NCBI GenBank assembly: GCA_018716635.1
Contig: DVJS01000261.1
Coordinates: 1 to 40,729, forward strand
DNA: 40,729 bases
Reading direction: 5' to 3'
Source: Candidatus Scatomorpha pullistercoris
Lineage (GTDB): Bacteria; Bacillota; Clostridia; Oscillospirales; Oscillospiraceae
The position numbers and the translations under genes were made by a program. Below the pieces are notes generated by a model, which saw only the letters and a program-made list of their open reading frames with translations, was not told the DNA's origin and searched no databases. Shown piece by piece: positions 32,690-39,379 of this stretch; within the stretch, counting starts at the first letter, position 1, and every line of letters starts with the position of its first letter.

Positions 32690-32757
32690 ATTGAAAAGTC
32701 TTGACTGTGAAGCCGGTTTATAGCCTACTATCAAGCTGAGGGATTCAGACAGGAGGC

Positions 32758-33540
32758 GTGAGCGAGCAGAGGCAGAAGGCCCGCTCGGAACAGGTATGCA
32801 GGGACATCCTCGGCTCTGGCGAGAGCTTCGAGCAGCTGGATGCGCACAGATGGCTTTCCGAGCTGGAATCCGGGGCCAAGGCCGCCGTGTCCCGGTGTGA
32901 CTGCATACCGAAACTTATTTGTCCCTGGCGCAGATACTTTGCGCGCAGTCTTGATCTGATGCTGTGCAGGGTGGTGCCGGCGCTGCTCATAGTAAGCGTT
33001 TTCAGGCTGAATGTGGATTTGTCAAACTGGTTTTTGCGGATTTTGATGCTTGCGGTGGGGATGGCGGTGATGTTCGCCGTCGAGCCGTTCCTCCTGCGCT
33101 TCTTCGGCACAACGCCGGGAAAATGGATGCTCGGTCTGAGCGTGGAGAGCGTTGACGGAGGCAGGCTGAGTCTTGCGGAGGCGCGGGAGCGCACGAGCGG
33201 GGTCCTCTGGAAGGGACTTGGCCTGAGCGTGCCCGGCGTGGAGCTGGCCGCGCTGATAATAAGCTGCTGCAAGCACTCGAAAGGCGAAGAACTCTCGTGG
33301 GAGCGGGGCTCGGAGCTGAGGCTGGACCGTGCGGGCTGGCGGGTCGGGCTGTATGCCGCCGTGGTGCTGCTGGTGCTGGGCCTTGGCGTTGTCACGGCGA
33401 ACGCGGAGATAAGCTGCGAGACGAGCTATGCCGGCGAGCTGCGTGGCAGCTACCTCACCGGCACCGAGGAGGACCCCGCCACCCTTAATATGCGCTTCAC
33501 GGTCGAATTTGAAAATGAGGAAACGCGGACGGATAACTAA
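32758..33540 (+). CDS. RDD-family membrane protein; start codon uncertain
   Basis: PWRRYFARSLDL plus GTTPGKWMLGLSV and several hydrophobic helices fit the RDD domain. GTG 32758 is only 1-2 nt from AGGAGG, which is atypically close spacing, so the true start may differ. Confidence 0.65.
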   Translation: MSEQRQKARSEQVCRDILGSGESFEQLDAHRWLSELESGAKAAVSRCDCIPKLICPWRRYFARSLDLMLCRVVPALLIVSVFRLNVDLSNWFLRILMLAVGMAVMFAVEPFLLRFFGTTPGKWMLGLSVESVDGGRLSLAEARERTSGVLWKGLGLSVPGVELAALIISCCKHSKGEELSWERGSELRLDRAGWRVGLYAAVVLLVLGLGVVTANAEISCETSYAGELRGSYLTGTEEDPATLNMRFTVEFENEETRTDN

Positions 33541-33569
33541 AAAACCAGACCGCGCAGTGCGCGATCTGG
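33539..33569 (-). terminator. inverted third copy of the tRNA-proximal terminator hairpin; acts as a minus-strand terminator for the low-GC operon
   Basis: The minus strand reads CCAGATCGCGC-ACT-GCGCGGTCTGG-TTTTTT. The 10-bp arms CAGATCGCGC/GCGCGGTCTG are identical to those at 32375-32398 and 32573-32596. Confidence 0.7.
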
Positions 33570-33816
33570 CCGCGGCGACACGCCGCTGGTATGAGTGGCG
33601 ATACAGAACTTTTTGAATAACCCCGTAGTATCAAGGCTTTGCGGGCATCCTAACAGAAAACTATCTTGTACATCCCACATTTTAGGGCGACTGTTTTGAA
33701 GCAGCCGCCCTTTATGTCAATATCGGGTCTGGCACTAGGGGACAATAATCTCTTGCCTTTCTTTCTGCTCTTCCTGCTGCAAGGAGGCCATAGGCGATTT
33801 TCCATACAAATAACTC

Positions 33817-35784
33817 CTAACTTTGTTCCTGCTTCAGCATCTCTGTCATTAGCTGCCGTTTATTCATCGGTGGCAGACAGCACTGATTCCGGCACACATA
33901 GAAAGTGGATTCATTGTTCAACAGCTTATACCCTTCCGATGGACGCTCCAGAACCTTGACTATGGCGTCAGAAGGCAACACAAACGGAAGGTCGCTCAAA
34001 TCTTCCCTGTTTGGAACCACAGTGATCAGAACCGGTGGTTCCAAAAAATCCGACAGCGCCATTAAAAACACAGAAAACCCGGCAGGAGACTGTTCCGCCT
34101 CTCCTGCCATATAGGCAAGCTGTTTGTTCAGGGTGTTTTGCATACTCTGTTCCGGAAGCAGCGCGTTCAGGCGTACAAGAACATAAGCCATGAGGGAGTT
34201 GCCGCTGGGAAGCGCCCCGTCATAACACTCTTTCGGGCGAAAAAGCAGAGTTTCGTTTTTTGTGCCGCTGAGATAAAAGCCGCCATGCTCCGGGTCGTAA
34301 TAGTGGAGGACGGTTTCCCTGGTTAACTGTACTGCACGATAAAGAAATGTGCGTTCGAGAGTGGCATCATACAGAGAAAGCAGGGCAAAAATATAGCTTG
34401 CGTAATCATCCAGAAAACCGTGCTCCCCCAGCTTGCCGTCCCGAAAACTCACATAAAGCGCATTCTGATGGTACAGGTTGTTTTCTATAAAGCATTGTGA
34501 CCTTTTTGCGGCCTCCAGATATCCGGGATTCCGGCTGCACCGGTACAGTCGGCACAGCGCGGCAATCATGAGCGCATTCCATGAGGTCAAAATTTTGTCG
34601 TCGGTATGCAGATGGGTGCGTCCCCGCCGATATTCCCGCAGTGCTGGCAGAAAGTGATCAAAACGCTCATCTGCCAGGTCATTCGCTTGGAGAAGATTGG
34701 GAATGCTCTTGCCTTCAAAGTTTCCCGCTTTTGTAATGCCGAACCGTTCACAAAAAGCGGCACCATCGGCTTGCCCCAGCAGCCCGATGATTTCCTCGGG
34801 GGTAAATACATAGTATTTTCCCTCCTCGCCATCGCTGTCTGCATCCTGGGCGCTGTAAAAGCCTCCGTTTGGAGAAACCATTTCAGTGAGAACATAGGAT
34901 GCTGTTTTTTGCGCAGCTTTCAGATAAAATGACCGTCCCGTGAGTTCATAGGCTTTGCAGTAAGCGAGAATCAGCAGAGCGTTATCATAGAGCATCTTCT
35001 CAAAGTGGGGAACAAGATAATAGCGGTCTGTGGAATATCGGCAGAATCCGTATCCGATATGATCAAATAACCCACCGGCATACATCTGCTGCAGGGTTAT
35101 TTCCGCCATATTCAAGGCCTGGGGATCACCATGCTTTTCGTATTGCTGCATCAGGAACAGAAGATTGTGCGGCGTGGGAAATTTCGGTGCGCCGCCGAAT
35201 CCGCCAAATGATGCGTCAAAGTTCTGCTTGTACCATTGCAGGGCAGCGTCCGGCAAAGTCTCATCTGCCTGTGACGCAGGAGCATAATGCACATTAAACA
35301 TCTCCGTGATTTTATCTGCGGAGTCAAGGAGTGTGTCCCGTTCGTTCATCCATTTCTGGTGAATCATAAGCAGCAGTTCTTTGAACCCTACTGCTCCATA
35401 CCGGGCGGTCTTCGGAAAATAGGTTCCGGCAAAAAACGGTTTCTGCTCTGCGGTCATAAAAATGCTGGTGGGCCAGCCGCCGCTCCCGGTGAAAGCCTGA
35501 CAGACCGCAATATAAATGCTGTCAATGTCGGGTCGTTCTTCTTTGTCTACTTTGACGGACACGTAGTATTTGTTTAAGATATCAGCAATTTCAAGATCCT
35601 CAAAGCTTTCATGGGCCATGACATGGCACCAGTGGCAGGTGCTGTAGCCAATGCTCAAAAAGATGGGCTTATCCTCTGTTCTTGCTTTGGAAAAAGCCTC
35701 CTCGCTCCAGGGATACCAGTCCACCGGGTTTTCCGCGTGCTGGAGAAGGTACGGGCTTGTCTGATGTTTCAGATGATTGCTCAA
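33817..35784 (-). CDS. thioredoxin-domain protein of the YyaL/SPATA20 (DUF255 plus six-hairpin glycosidase-like) family
   Basis: 655 aa. The N-terminus [47 protein letters not shown] is the hallmark of this family. Confidence 0.85.
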   Translation of the reverse strand: MSNHLKHQTSPYLLQHAENPVDWYPWSEEAFSKARTEDKPIFLSIGYSTCHWCHVMAHESFEDLEIADILNKYYVSVKVDKEERPDIDSIYIAVCQAFTGSGGWPTSIFMTAEQKPFFAGTYFPKTARYGAVGFKELLLMIHQKWMNERDTLLDSADKITEMFNVHYAPASQADETLPDAALQWYKQNFDASFGGFGGAPKFPTPHNLLFLMQQYEKHGDPQALNMAEITLQQMYAGGLFDHIGYGFCRYSTDRYYLVPHFEKMLYDNALLILAYCKAYELTGRSFYLKAAQKTASYVLTEMVSPNGGFYSAQDADSDGEEGKYYVFTPEEIIGLLGQADGAAFCERFGITKAGNFEGKSIPNLLQANDLADERFDHFLPALREYRRGRTHLHTDDKILTSWNALMIAALCRLYRCSRNPGYLEAAKRSQCFIENNLYHQNALYVSFRDGKLGEHGFLDDYASYIFALLSLYDATLERTFLYRAVQLTRETVLHYYDPEHGGFYLSGTKNETLLFRPKECYDGALPSGNSLMAYVLVRLNALLPEQSMQNTLNKQLAYMAGEAEQSPAGFSVFLMALSDFLEPPVLITVVPNREDLSDLPFVLPSDAIVKVLERPSEGYKLLNNESTFYVCRNQCCLPPMNKRQLMTEMLKQEQS

Positions 35785-35793
35785 ATCCTCACC

Positions 35794-37092
35794 TCATTTT
35801 TTCAGATTGCCCGTTGCCGGGTTGTCGATCAGTTTCCCGCCCTCAGTGAAGCGGGAGCCGTGACAGGGGCAATCCCAGGTGCGCTCTTGAGGATTCCATT
35901 TCAGCGCGCAGCCCAGATGGGGACAGCGTTTGGCAGCGGGCGTCAGCAGGCTAACCACAGCTTCAAACCCGTTGACGGCCAATTGGGGGTGAAGTATGGA
36001 ACGGGAAGGCGAGAATACCTCCTCGTATGGGTTTTTCTTTCCTTGCACAAGATCCGTGAGGATCATAGCGGATACCATGGAGCTGGTCATTCCCCACTTG
36101 TTGAAACCAGTCGCCACATACAAATCTCTTGTGGAGGCGGAATAGGGCCCGATATACGGGACGCCATCCAGGCTCATACAGTCCTGAGTGGCCCAGTGGT
36201 ATTGCTCCTCCGCTTGGGGGTAGTGCCGCTGGGCAAAATCCCGCAGTTGCTGCCAACCGCCGCCCTTTTTACCAGTGCGGTGATCTCCACCCCCGACGAG
36301 CAACAGGTTTTTGTAGTTCCGGAAGGACATACCCGTCTGCGCCTCGTCCAAATACATTCCGCCCACATCAGGTACGTTTTGGAGAGCGATGACATAAGAG
36401 CGGTGCTGATACAGCTTGAGGAAATAGCTGCCGTGTTTGTTGAGGAAGGGAAAGTGGGTGGTCACGATGATCTTCTTGGCACGAATCCGGCCATGATTGG
36501 TCACGGCCGTGGTGCCCATGAGCTCCCGCACTCGGGTGTGCTCATAAATGTGCAGGCCTTTAGCAATGCCGGAGACGAATTGCAGCGGATGGAACTGCGC
36601 CTGATTGGGGAACCTGACTGCACCGGCAGCGTGAAAAGGAAGCGGGAGCTTGTCCACAAATTCAGCCGGAAAGCCCAGTTTATCCAGTGCTTCGAGCTCA
36701 CGCTCAATCTTACGCCGGTCGTCCAGAGAATAGGTGTAGGCCGCCTTTTCCTCAAAACCGCAGTCAATATTCCGGCACAGCTCCCGGTATGTTTGAAGCG
36801 CTGCCTCGTTGGCTGAAAGATATTGCTTTGCTTGCTCAATTCCAAACCTCGAAATCAGTTTGTCATATATCAGCCCGTGCTGGCTGGTAATCTTGGCGGT
36901 GGTGTTTTTCGTGATGCCGCTGCATACTGTTTCCGCTTCCACCAGCACATAAGGCACACCGGCACAGTGCAGCTTATAGGCACACAGAACGCCCGCCATA
37001 CCGCCGCCGATGATCAGCACATCTGTGTTTAGATCTCCGTCCCGAGCTGAAAAGTTCGGTCGCTCCCAGGTTTGCTCCCATAGTGATTTCAT
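35794..37092 (-). CDS. FAD-dependent oxidoreductase with a C-terminal Rieske [2Fe-2S] domain (YhfW-like)
   Basis: I start the gene at ATG 37092 (MKSLWEQ...), preceded by GGGGAGAAG. The ORF-track TTG start at 37134 has no RBS. It has an FAD fold (VLIIGGGMAGV) and a Rieske motif (CPHLGC...CPCHGS). Confidence 0.8.
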   Translation of the reverse strand: MKSLWEQTWERPNFSARDGDLNTDVLIIGGGMAGVLCAYKLHCAGVPYVLVEAETVCSGITKNTTAKITSQHGLIYDKLISRFGIEQAKQYLSANEAALQTYRELCRNIDCGFEEKAAYTYSLDDRRKIERELEALDKLGFPAEFVDKLPLPFHAAGAVRFPNQAQFHPLQFVSGIAKGLHIYEHTRVRELMGTTAVTNHGRIRAKKIIVTTHFPFLNKHGSYFLKLYQHRSYVIALQNVPDVGGMYLDEAQTGMSFRNYKNLLLVGGGDHRTGKKGGGWQQLRDFAQRHYPQAEEQYHWATQDCMSLDGVPYIGPYSASTRDLYVATGFNKWGMTSSMVSAMILTDLVQGKKNPYEEVFSPSRSILHPQLAVNGFEAVVSLLTPAAKRCPHLGCALKWNPQERTWDCPCHGSRFTEGGKLIDNPATGNLKK

Positions 37093-37160
37093 ATGCTTCT
37101 CCCCAGTGATTGTTTTGATGATAGTATTATCCAAAAGGAGAAAAGTATGTCTTTTTTGCT

Positions 37161-37937
37161 TTACACCCCATGGCTTGGAACAAATTCATAGGCAGCATGG
37201 TCACTATGCAGATCAAATATTATTTTTTCTCTTTTCCACAGCCTCGCCCGCAGGTGAGCATTACAACTCTCCCGAATGGTGCTGGACATCTTTCCGCGCT
37301 GTGGCGCACGAAGGGGATGACCTGTATGGGAGGGCGCTGCTTCCAATTCCAGCAGAAGACTGCCTTGCGACAGACAGATATGTTCTGGAGAAAATGCCTT
37401 AATCCTGACACCCCTGTAAGTTGCCAAACGATACTCCCTGCCCTGGTACAAGATGGCGCAAATACATCCGCGGAATGAAACTCCGCAAAATGGAATATGG
37501 GCGATTGAGACCATCACAGAACACGGTTTTGAGAAATCGTTGCACTGCATCCACAGGTAGGAGCGCGGAAAAGAGGTTCCGCTGTCTTTTTCTGCATAGC
37601 CTAAACCACCGTCGAAGCTGTGCAGATGTCCGTCCATTATGACGCTGCCCTGGAGGGTATGCGCCATGCTGAGAACGCCGTGCCGGCACTCCATAGGGAA
37701 AAACCGGAATGGCCCCATGATATCGGAACCGAGCGGCGCAAATTGTCCGTAGGCAATCTCGCCGCTGACCCCGGGCAACGAAATATGACACCCCTGCCTT
37801 GAAAACCAGCATCCATCCGCTCGTATTATACCGTCACGGATGGTCAAATTGGATATCTCAAATTGTCGGGCGCCTTCCTGCGAAAGCAGCTGGATAAACG
37901 CGCCGCTTTCTGCCTGCCCGGGGATGAACGCGACCAT
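37161..37937 (-). CDS. tocopherol-cyclase-like family protein, N-terminally disrupted (see the finding on the in-frame TAG at 37989-37991)
   Basis: GYAEKDSGTSFPRSYLWMQCNDF resembles the cyclase-family motif (EK.WG.SFP...W.Q.N.F). The conserved FEGWYFK motif is encoded upstream of ATG 37937, in frame but behind a TAG. Confidence 0.6.
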   Translation of the reverse strand: MVAFIPGQAESGAFIQLLSQEGARQFEISNLTIRDGIIRADGCWFSRQGCHISLPGVSGEIAYGQFAPLGSDIMGPFRFFPMECRHGVLSMAHTLQGSVIMDGHLHSFDGGLGYAEKDSGTSFPRSYLWMQCNDFSKPCSVMVSIAHIPFCGVSFRGCICAILYQGREYRLATYRGVRIKAFSPEHICLSQGSLLLELEAAPSHTGHPLRAPQRGKMSSTIRESCNAHLRARLWKREKIIFDLHSDHAAYEFVPSHGV

Positions 37938-38063
37938 GTCGTCCCCTTTTTGATGCTTAAAGTACCAGCCCTCAAAACCTTTCTGTCCCTACATACTCAT
38001 GACACAGCCTTCCTTTTAGGGATGGACTTAGTATGTCCGTATGAGTGTCATATAAGACGATGT

Positions 38064-38696
38064 TCATTCGGCTCTCAACGTGTTGTTACATCCGTACTCC
38101 TGCTCCGCCAGATCCCAGTTTACCACGTTCCACCAGTCATTGATGTAGTCCGCTCTCTTATTATAGTGTTTTAAATAGTACGCATGCTCCCATACGTCTA
38201 AATTGAGAAGTGGCTTTACAGCTCTTAACGGTGTTTCCTGATTGGCAGTGGTCACGAGGCAAAGGCCCCGCTTGCCATTGACCAGCCAAACATATCCCGA
38301 GCCAAAAACGGACAGGGCCGTCTCTGTAAATTTCTCCCGAAAAGCGTCCGGGGAGCCAAATCTGCGGCCAATGGCTACGGCCAATGCGCCCTCGGGTGCT
38401 TTTTTCCCACCGGAGCACATGCCATTGAAAAATAATCGGTGATTATATACTCCGCCGGCATTGCGGGCAATCGCCACACAGTCTGTCCCCGACATTTGCC
38501 CGGCGGTACAGATGAGCTGCTCAAGAGTCAATGTTTGAAGCTGAGGGTATTTTTTCAGGATGCTGTTCAGGTTATCTGTATAAGTTTTCAGATGTCTGTC
38601 ATGATGCAGCTGCATAGTCTTTTCGTCTATGTACGGTTCCAAGGCATCATATGCATACGGCAGCGGCGTATTTTCAAATGGATAATGTTTGTTCAA
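38064..38696 (-). CDS. Fe/Mn-family superoxide dismutase
   Basis: I start the gene at TTG 38696 (MNKHYPFENTPLPYAYDALEPYID), 6 nt after AAAGGAGGA. It carries HHDRHLKTY and DVWEHAYYL metal-ligand motifs. The ORF-track ATG at 38747 would add 17 atypical residues. Confidence 0.9.
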   Translation of the reverse strand: MNKHYPFENTPLPYAYDALEPYIDEKTMQLHHDRHLKTYTDNLNSILKKYPQLQTLTLEQLICTAGQMSGTDCVAIARNAGGVYNHRLFFNGMCSGGKKAPEGALAVAIGRRFGSPDAFREKFTETALSVFGSGYVWLVNGKRGLCLVTTANQETPLRAVKPLLNLDVWEHAYYLKHYNKRADYINDWWNVVNWDLAEQEYGCNNTLRAE

Positions 38697-38757
38697 GGCA
38701 ATTCCTCCTTTAAATACATTATATACAAAGAGAGGATGTCCTCGCACACCATCCGTT

Positions 38758-39000
38758 TTATTTGCTTATTCTTGTGCCTCTCTGCTCCGGACAAAGTTTC
38801 AGTTTGTGGCCGATACGCTGTCGCTGTGCGCTTTCCTCCCGCATGACTTCTGGATTAAAGTGCTGTTCCACGGGAAGCCCGCACTCTTTGATAAGCTGTA
38901 TGATAACCGGCAGACTGGGGATCGTGCCCTCGTTCTCGATATTTGCGTGATACCGGGAGTCGATGCCGACGATCTCCGACGTGGAATGCTGATATATGCG
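38758..39000 (-). pseudogene. probable 5'-truncated HTH (XRE-like) regulator remnant
   Basis: An 80-codon open frame (RIYQHSTSEIVGIDSRYHANIENEGTIPSLPVIIQLIKECGLPVEQ...) has an HTH_3-like ...I.N.EG...PSL...L core. It has no start codon, and TAA/TAG stops lie immediately upstream at 39001-39009. Confidence 0.4.
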
Positions 39001-39043
39001 TTAACTCTAAACATTATAATATGCATTATAATGTACCGACACC

Positions 39044-39072
39044 TTGACAATGGCAGCTAAAATGCTTACAAT
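39044..39072 (+). promoter_or_regulatory. near-consensus sigma70-type promoter
   Basis: TTGACA, a 17-nt spacer, then TACAAT. It is followed 24 nt later by an RBS plus ATG. Confidence 0.55.
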
Positions 39073-39096
39073 TAATTGCGAAAAGAGGTGAGCACG

Positions 39097-39189
39097 ATGT
39101 TGTACGGGAAATTCTGCATTGATTTTGGCTCCACACAAGTTTATACCACGAAACATTGTGCGGAGCCTTTTCGGAAAGTTGATTTGTAA
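39097..39189 (+). CDS. 30-codon ORF (MLYGKFCIDFGSTQVYTTKHCAEPFRKVDL*); either a leader peptide or the N-terminal stump of an actin-fold ATPase gene
   Basis: AGAGGTGA RBS 7 nt upstream of the ATG. IDFGST resembles the phosphate-1 loop of actin/Hsp70-fold ATPases. The coding status is unproven. Confidence 0.3.
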   Translation: MLYGKFCIDFGSTQVYTTKHCAEPFRKVDL

Positions 39190-39199
39190 AACCGGGAGG

Positions 39200-39230
39200 C
39201 CAGGGCAGAGAATAGCTGCCTTTGGTTTTT
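39200..39230 (+). terminator. terminator-like hairpin 1 in the leader upstream of the MATE gene
   Basis: CCAGGGCAG-AGAATAG-CTGCCTTTGG (9 bp with one bulge and one G-U pair) followed by T5. Confidence 0.5.
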
Positions 39231-39270
39231 GTACCCTTTTTGCGAATTGACACGAGAAGATAAACTATTG

Positions 39271-39306
39271 AGGCCACAGACAATGTTTTGTCTGTGGCCT
39301 TTTGTT
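39271..39306 (+). terminator. terminator hairpin 2 in the leader upstream of the MATE gene
   Basis: A perfect 12-bp stem (AGGCCACAGACA / TGTCTGTGGCCT) with a 6-nt loop, followed by TTTGTT. Confidence 0.65.
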
Positions 39307-39326
39307 ATGTTTATTTAGTAAGCAGA

Positions 39327-39363
39327 CAGAGGGCGCACTGGATTGTGCTGCCCTCTGTTTTTT
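39327..39363 (+). terminator. terminator hairpin 3, ending 16 nt before the MATE start codon
   Basis: A CAGAGGGCGCAC / GTGCTGCCCTCTG stem with one bulged A, followed by T6. Confidence 0.65.
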
Positions 39364-39379
39364 GAAGGGAAGATTTTTT

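Noticed and set aside
32351-32704. A 117-aa ORF whose translation repeats ASRRRQIALLRGLFFYPAARAHTLAV twice, which could look like a repeat protein.
   Set aside because: The peptide repeat is a by-product of the 77-bp DNA duplication, which consists of terminator hairpins and T-runs directly after a tRNA. There is no RBS, and the ORF starts inside the tRNA gene.
33730-33816. The minus-strand peptide ...SYLYGKSPMASLQQEEQKERQEIIVP* just downstream of the YyaL gene, which is faintly reminiscent of a transposase/integrase C-terminus.
   Set aside because: The stretch is about 25 residues with no catalytic motif, no inverted repeats and no upstream continuation of the frame. The similarity is too weak to call a mobile-element remnant.
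37989-37991. The in-frame TAG as a programmed pyrrolysine codon.
   Set aside because: The window has no pyl genes or PYLIS-like context, and the gene family is not known to use pyrrolysine. A nonsense mutation in a decaying island is the simpler explanation.
39026-39283. An 85-aa minus-strand ORF across the MATE leader.
   Set aside because: It runs antisense through a near-consensus plus-strand promoter and terminator hairpins. It has no RBS and an implausible sequence.
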